From NCBI GenBank assembly GCA_964270895.1, contig OZ185439.1: a DNA stretch of 64,000 nucleotides; one strand, written 5' to 3'. The notes under the pieces were generated by a model. That model was not told where the DNA came from. It was given only the letters and a program-made list of their open reading frames with translations, and did not search any database. Origin of the DNA: Podarcis filfolensis (Eukaryota). The translations under genes were made by a program, and so were the position numbers. This document shows positions 51,120 through 63,898 of this stretch, one piece after another (position 1 is the stretch's first letter; each line of letters opens with the position of its first letter).

Positions 51120-54100
51120 TATTGAAGTGAAGAAGGTAGCATTTGTAAAAAAATTGATTCTGAGGGTAAAGCTTTAAGTTTTGAGGGGAGGTTTAAAATA
51201 ATGCATATTTTCTATAGTTTTCAGGAAACACAAGCTAACCAAAGTTGAACATACTTCAGTCTCACTGACTTTCATTAGGAGAGAATTAAAAAAAGAAACT
51301 ATACTTTAACTATATATATAGGTTGTACAGATATTCCACACTTACATAATTTATAATTTCCAGAAACTATTTCTGTGCCATTGATCTAATACATTTATAA
51401 TGAGAGTGATACCTAAACCGTGGAATCATGCAGTAGGCTTCCAGGTCCCCCCTTCTGGTTAGTGTTAACTCTGGTTTGGTGTTATGTTTACCTCATCACT
51501 AAATATGCTTAGTTTTTAAACTAAGATTTGAAAATTGCAGTGAAAATCTACTTTGCAAGTTTTGATTAAAACTAACCATGGTTAGCATGGGTGCAAACTT
51601 AATGTTGCATTGTAGTTAATGCAAACCGGGGTAATTTGCATGCAAAAAGGGAAAGGGACCTTAAGAACCTAATGTCCCCAAACACAGAGGATCACCACCA
51701 TCACTGCTGCACTGTTCCATTGTCCATCTAATTTCTTTGCTACATTGTGCTTTTCCTGGAGAGGATGAATAAATAGAATCACATAAGTTGATTTTGGGGG
51801 ATTTTGGCAAATGGATTCCTCATTTTCCTCCTCCCCGACCCACTTGATAGAAGCTGCTGTTTAATCCCTTGTAGCTTTTAAAAGTGAGTTAGCATGTGGC
51901 ATAAAGAAGCTGCTGTTAGGAAAAGAAGTGACCAATTCTGATGGATGTACAAATCTTCCTATATGGTGCTTTCTGTTGGTTCTTGTGAGATGAGTAAGAA
52001 CATCAGACATCGGACTTTGATAACATCTTCATCAAATTGGTCAGATGCAATTTGTCTGAAGATTACTAGCAAGTAAAGAATTGCGATCAGGGTGGATGAT
52101 TTCTATGCAACCTGGCCTGGAGGTGAACTTTGTAGATTTGTTATTTATTTTCTCATTTGTGTCCATAAATCACACGTCTTCCTTTTATATGAACCTTTTG
52201 AACTACAAGGACATCAGATGTGACTTACCCAATGCATAAAACATGGGCCTGTCTCAACATGAAGTGTCCCTGTTGTATTTGATACAAGATTTCTGCATAA
52301 ATTTTATTATATAATAGAGAGAGATGCCCATAATACCATGTGCCCACCCCACACCTGGAAATAATGTGTAAGTGTTCAGACATTGTTAGATTTCCACACA
52401 GCCTTCTTTCCGTTGGTGGAATGATCTGTATAGGATTGGATCAACTTCTAATGTAGGGCCAATATTTCTAGTTATTTTCTGAGCTTGTGACATCTGTTTT
52501 CATAAAGCTCCTTTCCACAAAGTAGGTGATAAATACTTCACATGTAACCACTTCCATTAAAATAGCTACACATGACTTGTTATGTTAATCTTTGGAAGCC
52601 CTTTTCTTGTGTATGTGCACTGTTCAAAATGTGCGTCTGGAAGACATTGGCCTCATTTCCCCAGCATTTGCTTATCTACCAGCCTCACATTACACGCTAT
52701 AGATGGTGCAGCTTAATAAGTACGTCAGTTGCCTAATGTGAAACTGTTTACAGTGCCATTGAGGAGCCAATCTTCTAAATTCTGGATTTTGAATTTTGGA
52801 AGTGTTTGGTCTTTTAGGCTATCACGTGTCCTCTACTTGGTCTGGGTATCTTGCTCTGAAACATGAAAATACAATGTTGAAAATATAATAGGCATCCTTA
52901 TCTTGGAGAAGATTCATGCGGACCAGAGGTTTCCCCAGACTTTGCACATGTTCTTAAAAGACGGATGTACACATTCTAACCTAAACCTTTTTAGTATCCT
53001 TTGCACATAGATTGAATCAAGACAGTTCAATTGATTCTCAAGAGTAATTTGCCATCCATTGTTAACAGATAGCAAGAGAGAGCTGGTTATGTGCAGCAAA
53101 TATTCTTGTTTTTATGAAGGCTTTTTTTTTACATGGGTTAAATCCCCTCCCTAGTTTCCATTTCTCCTTGAAAGTAATGATTGAGACAGAAAATACATTC
53201 TCATTCCACAAAATACATTAAACCTACCTTAGTCACAATAATTTTCAGCCATTTATTTATATTTGCTGTTCCTTGGACTATTCTGACCTTCATCCCACCC
53301 TGCTTTCTTCCTCCTTAAGTGATCCCAGCCATTTATGGATCATATAATGGACATGTCACAATAGCACTATGTACTGAATCTGATATGGCTATTTGTCAAC
53401 ATCAAGAAGTCTTTTAGAGTAAAGGCAGTGGACAGTGATCACTCCCAGCCCCCCAGGGATCATGAAATGGACACTTTTTACAGCTATTTTTGTAACAATC
53501 TACCAAAAAGAAAGAAACCAGAAAATTTCGGGGGGTGGGGGTGGGTGGCTTTTCTTTTAATTTTGAACAAGTTTTTTCTGAAGCAGCTCAGCCCTAATCT
53601 TGTCATTTGTTGCTTTCCTAAACAGAATTTAGTTTACTTGGTAATTTAATATAACTGCATTAATGATAATTTGCAAGCAAATTTGTATAAGATTTGAATA
53701 TGGTCCTTAAATTAAAGATTCTCTAAGTTGTGTGTGTTTTTTTCCATATTTGCTGATTAGCATAAAGTCTGTAATGGCTTGGCATACAAAGACATAGCAG
53801 GGTACAGCAACTGATCTGACAAGCTACTTGCCCACAAAGAATTAACTTGGGCTGGCAAGTGACTGCCCGCAAGGCTGTCTCATATATAATTGGCCAAATT
53901 ATATGTTTGCTGAAAAAGCAGTACTTGGTGGAGGGAAAAGAAAGAGAGAGAACTCATAGGGCCCATTAGTTTCCCAGTATAGGTTTGCTACTGTTGAGAA
54001 ATGCATGTTTCCCCTCACACTTTATAGTGCTGAGCACTTCAAATGCTGTGGTAAGTACAGCAAGCTCACTTGCTGTGTAAATGTTTTAATTGACCCTTAG

Positions 54101-54318
54101 AAAATAATGTTGTGATTTGAATATGGGTTACCCAGGTTCAGATCCCTGTTTGAAGTTTGGCTTGTGGCAAAGTGTATGCATCTTTCGCTCTCCGCATATT
54201 GCGCCTTACCTGCTAGTTGTGAGCTAAAAGGCTGCTCTGAGATCCTTTAGAAGAAGGCTGTATACAAATGAAGACATCTGAGACTTGTGCATACTCAATT
54301 TGGCTTAATTTCCGATAG

Positions 54319-54448
54319 GAACAAGAGTTTGTACAGAAGCAGCAGCAAGAACTGGATGCATCGCTAAAGAAAATCATTCAGCAGCAAAAAACTGAGCTAG
54401 CTACCATTGAGCGGGACTGTCTGAACAATAAGCAACAACTCATGAGAG
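54319..54448 (+). CDS. SLK: SLK exon 14 (130 bp)
   Basis: cgatag|EQEFVQKQQQELDASLKKIIQQQKTELATIERDCLNNKQQLMR G|gtattt. Confidence 0.96.
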
Positions 54449-54898
54449 GTATTTCTCCCTTTCCCCCCCAGTGTTGGATTATTGTTCATCAACTTAAAAA
54501 AGCATTAAGGGCTCTGGGCACCTAGTACAGCTCACATGCAAGCCCCATGAAACTTGTGGAATGAGTCATGTCCTAAATTTATGTCCTTCTAGTGGAGGCA
54601 TGAAAATCTATTGAAGACTGTAGCTGTACATAAGAGTCTTTATTAGGCAAGCAGAAAATGGTGCCCAGAATCCATTTTAAAATGGCTTGTCTGTTTCTGA
54701 AACAAGCCTACTTGTGTCTACAATTTTGGTGAATTGTTTTTGGATAACTTGATGGGGAATAATTTCTTCAATGCATTTCTCTATTAAATATTTCATTGGG
54801 GTTATTCTGTCATTGATTGCTTCGTGAAATACATTGTATAAGGAATGTTTTGGGGGTGACTCCTCTGTAATTTTGACAGAATTTTTATTCCCTTCTAG

Positions 54899-55023
54899 CC
54901 CGTGAAGCTGCAATATGGGAACTAGAAGAACGACACTTGCAGGAAAAACACCAACTGCTAAAACAGCAACTGAAAGATCAGTACTTCATGCAAAGACATC
55001 AGCTGCTTAAACGGCATGAAAAA
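54899..55023 (+). CDS. SLK: SLK exon 15 (125 bp)
   Basis: ttctag|(A)[41 protein letters not shown]|gttagt. Confidence 0.96.
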
Positions 55024-55251
55024 GTTAGTGCGATCCTAGTTCATCCTCTTTGCTGGCTCCAAATCCTGGTTCAAATACATCCCTTCCCACTACCTATATT
55101 TATTTATTTCTTGCCTTTTTTCTTTAGTATTTAATACTTTTATATTTTGTGTAAGTTATTTGATGCACTGATATTTAGTCCCAATGTTCATAAGGTCAAA
55201 ACAGCGCCTTAAATTCAGGGAGGGAGGGAGGGACACACAAACACTTTAGAC

Positions 55252-56130
55252 CACCAATTCCCAACCTGTTGGTCACGACTCACAAGTGGGTCACAGTACC
55301 TGAGCAAGTGAGGTGTGACCCGTATAAGTAAAACCAAAATAAGTATTGATTTTGCTCTGAACTGGTATGATGAATACCTCTTGCAGGTTTTTGTTTGCAT
55401 ATTATAATGCTGTGTTGGCACTTGTAACCAAATGTCAGAATGCTGCTCCCACCCTAGCATGGAGGCAAGTTTGCCCCCTGCATTTCCTGAGAAGGCATGG
55501 GTGGTTTCTTCTGTGGAGGGGGTTAGGAAAGGGACATGTGCCTTTCTACCCCTGTAGTGCAAGGGCAGGTGTCAAGCTTTATAGGCTTGGCACCACCCTC
55601 AGTCCATCCTTCCTTGCTTAGTCAAACTAATAAATAATATCATTATCTTATTTATCAATAATGATCTGAGACCATGTCTAACAACCATCAAAACCTGCAT
55701 CAACCTACTTGTTGACAAAATACAAGCTCAGCTACCCCATTGATACTCGCCAAAATGGACTTTTTCATGAATAAAACTATTTAAAATATCCATAATTTGT
55801 TATATTAACACAGCGGTTTTTGAATAAAAGTTACAGCTTTTGAAGCAATATATTGCAGTCAGATAGCTGGTCTTACATTCCTATAAATAAAATAATGAAT
55901 AGCATTATATTTCTTTAAATATTTACACAAATTTCATATCAATAGGGGTGTTAAGGAACGTTTTCCTTGGATGCCTCAAGTAATGGTTATAAAATAGACA
56001 AAATTGCAGTTAAACAGATGGATGTTGAAGGCCTAAGTTGCGAAATCCATGTGACAATAAAAAGATGGGTTACTATACCAAGCAAATTTGGACTTGTGGG
56101 TCATTATACCCAAAGGGTAGAGAATCACTG
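55252..56130. mobile_element. Non-autonomous hAT (Charlie-like) element
   Basis: Ends CACCAATTCCCAACC...GTGGGTC and GTGGGTC...GAGAATCACTG. 8-bp flanks CTTTAGAC / GTTTAGAC resemble the Charlie-type NTCTAGAN target. Confidence 0.6.
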
Positions 56131-56487
56131 GTTTAGACAATAAATAAATGAAAACTATGAGTGATGGTAGTAGGTAAAAGGAGAGCTGCAAATTTTGAAA
56201 TAATATGATTTAATGATCTTTTCAGTTGGCTGAAATTTGTATGTTATTACTGCTGGTTGACTAACCAGTTATTTTTTTAAAAAAAGATTTATCTTCAGTT
56301 TTTCTCATACAGAAAATTTAATTATGATGTGTTTTATTTGCACAGGGTAAAATGTATATTAAATACTTTAAATGTACTGTTGAAATGGCGACGAGACCGC
56401 ATTGGCCTATTTATTCTGAACATTTGTAAGTGATGCCAAAAAAGGTTTGATGATATATAAAATGTATTTCCCCTCATTTTTTTAAAG

Positions 56488-56676
56488 GAAACAGAACAGA
56501 TGCAAAGATATAACCAGCGGCTTATTGAGGAATTAAAAAACAAGCATACCCAGGAAAGAGCTCGGTTGCCCAAAATCCAGCGTAGTGAAGCAAAAACTAG
56601 GATGGCAATGTTTAAAAAGAGCCTAAGAATAAACTCCTCAAGCACTCCGGAACAGGATCGTGAAAAGATTAAGCAG
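56488..56676 (+). CDS. SLK: SLK exon 16 (189 bp)
   Basis: ttaaag|[63 protein letters not shown]|gtaaag. Confidence 0.97.
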
Positions 56677-57105
56677 GTAAAGCAGTGATTTTAGACAAAG
56701 GGGGAATCTGCATACACACATTATGCAGTTCTATGAAACTCTCAAGTCAAAAATCTGATGAGTCCAAGTCTCTGGAAGTGATGTCTTCAGCTATGTGTGT
56801 GTGCTTGAAGCTGATTTACTATTAGCCTATTGAATCTAGTGGGCCAGTTAGAATTGGTTTAAGAACCAAGTCATATTGTTGCTTATGTGTTTTGTGGATC
56901 AGCTCCTTCAGGTAAGATCCACATTTATCCAGTATGTACTAAGAATGAACCAAGAAGGTTTTTGCAAGCCCATGTTTTTTCAAATCTGTCTAATATTAGT
57001 TATTTCAATATACTGTTTTTGAATGTTACACTGTCATTTAATTATATGCTTGAGTCTATAAACATTTCAAAAATTCTAATTTAAGTCCTCCTGTTTCTCT
57101 GAAAG

Positions 57106-57231
57106 TTTGCTATTCAGGAAGAAAAAAGGCAAAAAAATGAGAGACTGGCTCAACATCAGAAACATGAAAATCAAATGCGAGACCTCCAGCTGCAGTGTGA
57201 AGCCAACATTAGAGAATTACATCAGCTGCAG
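57106..57231 (+). CDS. SLK: SLK exon 17 (126 bp)
   Basis: ctgaaag|[42 protein letters not shown]|gttaaa. Confidence 0.94.
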
Positions 57232-57414
57232 GTTAAACAATGTTAATCCCAAATGTGCCCCTTTATGTAATTTATACATGGGATAGGTCTGTTTTGAGTG
57301 TGATGGCACTTCATGTGCTGCAGTTACATGTGACACTTTGTAGTTGTGGTACTACACACAGTATTTCTGTTCTTTGTTTTTTTTACAAATGAATCTGCAC
57401 CAGTTTTTCTTTCC

Positions 57415-57590
57415 AAGGCCCTCCTCTAAGTCTCCACACCTTCTGAAGTCAGGTGGGTGATATCCAGAAAGAGGGCCCTTCTCTGTCGTAGTGACCTGCA
57501 TGTGGAATGCCCTTCTCTGTGAGATTTATGTGCCAATGAGTTTGGTATCTTTTTGGTGTTGAGGTGAAAACATCTCTTATTAATCCAGAT
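57415..57590 (+). mobile_element. Old L2 fragment
   Basis: GAGGGCCCTTCTCTGTCGTAG...TGGAATGCCCT motif shared with the other L2 copies. Confidence 0.45.
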
Positions 57591-57813
57591 CTTCCAGCAT
57601 GTCTCTTAGCTGGGTTTAGCTGCGGATTTGTAGCAGTGTTACAGTTTTGTTACTGCTATGGTCTCTTCCAACTTTTTCAACTGCATGAAGTATATTTGTG
57701 TATTAACATTTCCCTGTGCTACAAGTAGCTATGGAAATTTTGGCAAACTGAAGACCGGGGAATATTTATACACAAAATGGACTGTGTATAGGGATCTTGT
57801 ATGTAGAGAGAAG

Positions 57814-57960
57814 CAGTGCTTTTTTCTGGGGGGATGCAGGGGTATACATACCCCTAAACATTTTGTGAATCTAAGTTTGGCCTCATTGAGGGGCAGTATT
57901 TCAACATGAGTAGGAAAATGAGAGTACCCCTAAATATTTTTTTTAGGGGAAAAAGCACTG
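57814..57960. mobile_element. hAT-type MITE (147 bp) with 8-bp TSD
   Basis: TIRs CAGTGCTTTTT...AAAAAGCACTG. Flanks GAGAGAAG / GGGAGAAG (7 of 8 match). Confidence 0.8.
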
Positions 57961-58418
57961 GGGAGAAGACAACATGAGGTTTCTGGATGGGCTGATCTCA
58001 TAAAAGCTGTTACCTCTTTATTGAAATAGAAGAATTTCTGTGTGAGAGAACAAAAAAAAGTAGATTCTGATAGATTGCATAACTTTTTGCAACTTAAAAA
58101 AAAAATCGCGGGAAAACCCGTCAGTCTGCCCTATAAATCTTGTGATTCTAGCTCTGAGATATGTTCATAGTTTTAGCTTCAGATAAAGTTTTAAAAAACC
58201 ATAACACATATTCTTCATGCCCTGTTTGAGGAATTCAAGTAACAGTTTCTATTGAAAAGCTAAAATCTTGATAGAGAACATTGCTATGTAGGAATTATCT
58301 TGACTACTGTACAGATTAAGCTAATTAAAGAATTAGGTCAGCATATGCTTCTATACAAGTAGCCAAATGTCTAATCTGATTTAGTTTTACTAAAGGATTA
58401 TCTGTATCCCATTTTCAG

Positions 58419-58532
58419 AATGAGAAATGCCACCTGCTGGTTGAACACGAGACTCAGAAATTAAAAGAGCTGGATGAGGAACATAGCCAAGAACTTAAAG
58501 AATGGCGAGAGAAACTGAGACCAAGGAAAAAG
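58419..58532 (+). CDS. SLK: SLK exon 18 (114 bp)
   Basis: tttcag|[38 protein letters not shown]|gtaatg. Confidence 0.97.
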
Positions 58533-58694
58533 GTAATGCAGATTGACTTTGAATCTCCAATAGAATATTATATTCTATACTAATACTATATGGGGCAGTT
58601 GGTTTTGTAGCTTGTCTCTGATAAATCAGATCAAAAACTAACACCAAGCTCATCATGTTTATTTTGTTTAAATGTTCTTGTTGTTTGTCATTAG

Positions 58695-58841
58695 ACATTA
58701 GAAGAGGAATTTGCTCGTAAACTTCAGGAACAGGAGGTTTTCTTTAAAATGTCTGGAGAATCTGAATGCCTTAATCCATCAACACAAAGCCGGATTTCTA
58801 AATTCTACCCAGTCCCTAGCCTGCACTCCACTGGATCATAA
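58695..58841 (+). CDS. SLK: SLK exon 19, CDS part (147 bp including TAA)
   Basis: cattag|TLEEEFARKLQEQEVFFKMSGESECLNPSTQSRISKFYPVPSLHSTGS*. This is the SLK C-terminus. Confidence 0.97.
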   Translation, partial: TLEEEFARKLQEQEVFFKMSGESECLNPSTQSRISKFYPVPSLHSTGS

Positions 58842-60545
58842 ATTTGAAGCCTCTGTGAGGTGGCTTTGGGTGCGTCTTTCAGCTTCTCCTCTTCAGCTTC
58901 TGTCACAATGAAATCTACACTCTGCATCCAAGAACCTCAGTGGAACTCCATCCACCTTCAGTGGAGACAATCAGTGATATCAGATATAGAAGCACAAATG
59001 TTGGTCTTGAAATCCAATATGATATATTTCATGTATTTCAAGGATAGCCATTTGAAAACTGGACTGAAAAAAATGTATCCAACTGTGTTGGCACTGGAAA
59101 GCAAGCCTAAACTATTAAAGATAATCTGCAATGCCCCAGGAATAATTGTAGAGGATTCTTAGGCAGATATACTACTACTCATTTAACCAAATATTTGTTG
59201 TGTTATGCCCATTATGAGGAAATGGGTCACTAGCCTCATTCAGTGCCTGAAACCTGTAAACATGCTGGGGGTTTTTTTGAAAGAGGATCATGTTTCTTTA
59301 TCACTAAAGAAGCCCTCGTTACTGATATTACTGTAACAGAAATGCTTGCCGCTGCCACAATTTTTGTCAAATCCTTGCACTAAAATATGTAAACGTTTAA
59401 AAAGAGTACTCCTGTCTACTTTAAAATATACACCTTATTCCTCTACAAACTGAAATAAAACAATATCATTTATTTCTCAAGAAAAAGTGTGCAAAAATTG
59501 CACCCCATTCTCACCTCCACAATTAGAGAGACTGAATGGATTCTCTCCTTGCTCAAAGTAGCAGTTATGAAACTCCAGAGCAGAAAATGGCTGTGACTGT
59601 CCCCGTTCGTACAAATCAGTGCTGATGTCTGGATTGCAAGGCATGTTTTCTTTCAAAATGTATGTTGATCTATAGAAGGATTTAAGTTACATGTATAGAC
59701 AAACGTTTAATCTGCTTCATTGTTTTACCATGAAGTAACTAAAGTTAAATGGTTTTATTTCTAAAATTCATAGTTGTATTATAACTTATTTGCTGTGGGG
59801 GTGGGATAGAAATATTTATCATGTTGTTGGCAGGAGATGTGCCTGCATTAAACAGCAGCTGCTGTCTTTTCAGGCTTCAGATCTGAGTCATATCAAAAAC
59901 AGTATTGTAGACTGTCCTTTTGATATGCCAAAGTTAGATTTGTAATATAAATGTTGGTTGCTTCCTGTTTTTTCGCAGCCTAATCTTTTAGTAGGTAGCT
60001 TTGAATAATCAATTGTAAGTTTTCACATTTGCAGTCTTTTCATTAAATGTGAATACTGTCCAATTTCTTACAAATTTTATATTATGTCAGCAGCATTCCT
60101 GCATGTGAAGGAAGCAGATTATAAAAATATATAGTACTTTAATCAAGTGTGCTCAATACTTTGGCTACTGAATCCAGATACTGAGGTTGATCTTATCAGA
60201 TCAGATTGTTTAATTGTGACAGTATAGTAAACATACTTTGAAGATGCATGTTTCAGTTAAATTTTGTTTTCCTTTAATCATAATCTACCTAACAAATATT
60301 TCATAGCTAGCCTTAATACTTCACATTTTATTTTATAAATATGTATTGTGTACCAGGTTGTACATTCGCATATACATCACCTAGAATGTGGCATTTTGCT
60401 CTTTACAAAGTTCTGAAATCTGTTTATTCTGAATTGTTTTGGTGGGAAAGTTTTCAAAAGCCTTTACTTTTTTTTAAAGTCACCTTTACGAAATAACTGG
60501 TATTGATTATAACATTAAATACTGTTTCTATCTGTTTAAAAAACT
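58842..60545 (+). other. SLK: Probable SLK 3'UTR (end inferred)
   Basis: AT-rich, repeat-poor stretch after the stop codon. AATAAA at 59454-59459. ATTAAA at 60514-60519 is followed by a GU-rich tract at ~60560-60600. Confidence 0.5.
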
Positions 60546-60600
60546 CTTTAAAAATCTCAAGTTTGTGGATTCCTTTGGGGAGTTGTGTGTGTTGTGTGCT
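60514..60600 (+). terminator. Candidate distal polyadenylation signal of SLK
   Basis: ATTAAA followed downstream by GTTTGTGG...GTTGTGTGTGTTGTGTG, with a composition change at this point. Confidence 0.35.
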
Positions 60601-62229
60601 AGTCTGAAAGGATGCTGTGGTGTTGCTGTTTCTTGGGGCACCAGAACCAAAATGAGCACCAGAACTTAGCCCTACTCGGTTTCTTCCTATATTGATGATT
60701 CCCTGGTGGCGTTCTTCCATCATCATTGCCCTTTGTTGCATATAAAGTGTTCATTTCTTTGCATGTTTCACATGCTACAAAATCAGACCTTTATTATCCC
60801 AACATGGTTCCCGGTGTCATGACACAGGACGTTAGGGTCAGGTGCCAAACCATGGTTCAACTGTCAGAAATGTGCATGTGTTTTTCCTCTTGTACTTGCA
60901 TACTCTGATTCTCTTTTTATTTTCCAATTCATGGTAAACCTAGGTTTCCATGACATCAAAATCAGTGGTGCTATGGTTACTATATACCGGAAATTGATCT
61001 AGAAGCAACTTGATTTGTATACACAGTACATTTGTTGTATTTTATCTAATTTGGTTATCCCTGGAAACCAGGGATAACCAGATCCTGCAGGAGGAAATTA
61101 GAACATAAAAGGGACCCTACAAACAAAGGGCACGTTCTTGAGAGTCAAACCATGCTGTGTGTATGTGATGTCTGAACCTAGCCACAAATGAACAGGGTAA
61201 AGGCTGATAGTCAGATAATGCATTAATTAGAGAGGCCCCATGAGAGGGGTCTGCCCTTTGTGCCACCAAGTTCCCCACCATTATAAAAGCATGTTCAATT
61301 GTACAAAAAAGTTGCATTTTTGTTTTGTGTTTCCTGGCTGAAACTTTGAGCACCTGCACCTGATTGGTTTCCCTATGGTACACAGTGGAGTTTATTGAAA
61401 ATGATATCAATATATGGCTTTGATTTGATGGCGTGAGAAATGGCTTCCTTCATGGATAATCTGATGAAGGAAAATACACTGCCATTAATATTGAAGCTCA
61501 GTTTTGTTGCTCTACTACAAGGGCACCAAAAAGCCCTCATAATTCTGAGCTAAGCTGATTATGTCAAAGAAGAAAACTTTTTACTGAATCACTGTCTTTA
61601 TTTTAGCTTGTCAGTTGCTAGAATCATACCACCTAAGGTCGGTTTGCCATTCCTGTCACCTATGGATGGAAGAGGTCTCCAAGCGGATTGTGTTGCTGCA
61701 ACCTGGAGACAGGAAATGCCCAAAACTTCTACAGAAGACTTTTCTGCTCTCTTTCTGTTGAGGCTCAGTCCATTTCCTGTCTCAACTCGGAGAAACACTC
61801 TGTTTGGAATCTTTAAGGCTTTTCCCTTATAGCCAGCCTGTTCTTTTTTCTCCTTATATTGAGTCTTTTGTTCTTATTTGTTTTCTACAGCTGCTCTTCC
61901 TCTCTTTTTCTCTTACTGTGTAAAAAAGAAAAAGGAAAAATTCCCTCACCTTTCTTCACTGTTTCCTGCCTTTTTTTCTTTCCCTCTCTTTCTAAGCTCC
62001 ATCCTGAGCCGTGAGGCTAGGATTTTCCACTTTCTCATTATGGGGAAGACAGACAAACCCCTACAGTTCAGGGCTACTTCTTTGAAGGGGGGAAAAATCA
62101 GAGTTTTGGGGTTGGGGCCACACTCAGCAGTAGCTGCAGCAAGCATCCAGGGGGCCGCTATTTCTGAAGATCCCAGGGAGGGCCCTTGCAAGTGCAGCCT
62201 CTTCCTTTGAGTCCTGTGCAAGGGACATC

Positions 62230-62360
62230 CAGTGTTAATTTTCTAGAAGAGGAGGTGCTGGACTCACCATGAACACCTCCCTTGTTCTCTTATAATGGCA
62301 ATGGTGCCCACCTGAGAGGGGCTGAAATGGAGTTCTGGCGAGTTACGGCTGGGGGGGAAA
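62230..62360. mobile_element. Decayed hAT-type MITE
   Basis: CAGTGTTAATTTTCTAGAAGAGGAGGTGCTGG...GAGTTCTGGCGAGTTAC. Start resembles the 57814 element terminus. Confidence 0.4.
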
Positions 62361-63676
62361 CGGGGGATATCATCCTCTGCTGCTTCATTGAGTCCTAAAC
62401 CAACCAGCTCTGAGGCTACAACATCTGGAGGCAGCAAGGAGCGAAGAAACGGGCAAGCATAATGGCCGCCATTCCTTAGGAGATGCAATCCATGCCTGGT
62501 GAATGACAGGCACTTTCCTCACTGCAGTCCCCTCAGGCTCAGCATGGGAAAGTAATACATATTCAGTTGTGTTAGTACTTGTGGATTTTGTTGGTTTCCA
62601 GAATGGTTTTTCTCCCACTTTTTCTGGTTTTTTCCCTATTTTGTATATATTCACATTTTGTGCTGTTGAGTTTTGTTTTCTCCTAAGCTGTTCCAAGAAA
62701 TAGGACTGAGCCTCAACAGGAAGAGAGCAGAAAACTTATATAGGCATTTCCTGCCTCCAAGCTGCAGGGCAGGCAACGCAATCCGCTTGGAGCCCTCTTT
62801 ACATCCTCAGTGAAATACCATTTATGGTAAGAACAACTTTTCCTTTATCCTACTTTCATTTAAATCAGTGGAACATAGGAATACTGTTGGATCTTAAGAT
62901 TCTAAATAATCTCTTTGGAAGTTGATGCTACTGATTTCTTCTGGAGCACAAAATTTTTATTCTTGCTAAGGTGTTACTATTTGTTTTCTTTAGAAAAGCT
63001 TCTTACCAAAGCACAAGTTCTGGCCCCTTGAAAGTGCTATTTTAAGGGTTGGGATGTGGTTTCTTTTATCTCTAGGCAGAGATACAATAAAATTTCAGAA
63101 GGAAGAATTTCAATTCAGTTAGTTCTGTACTTGAAGTATTTGCCTGTGAGCCGCCTACTCTTGGTAGCAAACTTTTTTTTTTAATTGGTGAATTAGAATT
63201 ATATCTGCCCCTGCCCCTGCCCCCACAAGCTTTCAAAGTTCATTTTCATTTGAAAGCATAGGAAGTGAAGCCCATATATTTCAAACAAAATAAACTGCAA
63301 GAAAGATCTGTAGAATAAGGACTGTGGTCCATTACCTATTTTGTAGGAATCTATACTTTTCTTCCACTAGCCCTGTTCTTTCTGTGTCTTGAAAGAAAAG
63401 GGCTGTTAATGCCAAAAACCACACTGGCCACTGTATTTTGTACCAGCTGCAGCAAGGGTGTAGGTAGGACACAAGCACGGGCAATTCTGACCACAACTGC
63501 CACCACTTGGATGGCAGCTGAAGGACTTAGGTATGTTTTGCCTGATCATGAGAATGAGAGGAGAGATATTAGCCATCTTCAAATATTTAAACGCTTTTTT
63601 GCCACAGAAAACCAAAATTCAGATAAATGACTGAAATTATTTTGATGCTCTTAAGGATGCAATCCTGTGCATGTTT

Positions 63677-63898
63677 AAAGGTAAAAGTAAAGGGACCACT
63701 GACAATTAAGTCCAGTCGCGAACGACTCTGGGGTTGCGGCACCCATCTCGCTTTACAGGCTGAGGGAGCCGGCATTTGTCCACTTCCGCAGTTTTTCCAG
63801 GTCATGTGGCTAGGATGACGTAAGCCGCCCCTGGCGAAACCAGAGCAGCGCACAGACACACCGTTTACCTTCCTGCTGGAGCAGTACCTATTTATCTA
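63677..63898 (-). mobile_element. Sauria-type SINE (3' part), interrupted by a MITE
   Basis: Colinear with the 9305-9667 copy from AAAGGTAAA to GTACCTATTTATCTA, then switches to CAGTGGTACC. Confidence 0.88.

Noticed and set aside
52570-53100. Minus-strand snippets resembling Ty1/copia RT-RNaseH (YVQRILKRF, LTYLLSCT, KSCVA)
   Set aside because: The matches are short, the spacing does not fit my recollection of copia, and there is no YVDD motif or LTRs.
60600-63670. Expected downstream neighbour COL17A1 (recalled human synteny)
   Set aside because: No Gly-X-Y or COL17A1 C-terminal coding sequence is visible, so it is presumably beyond the window.
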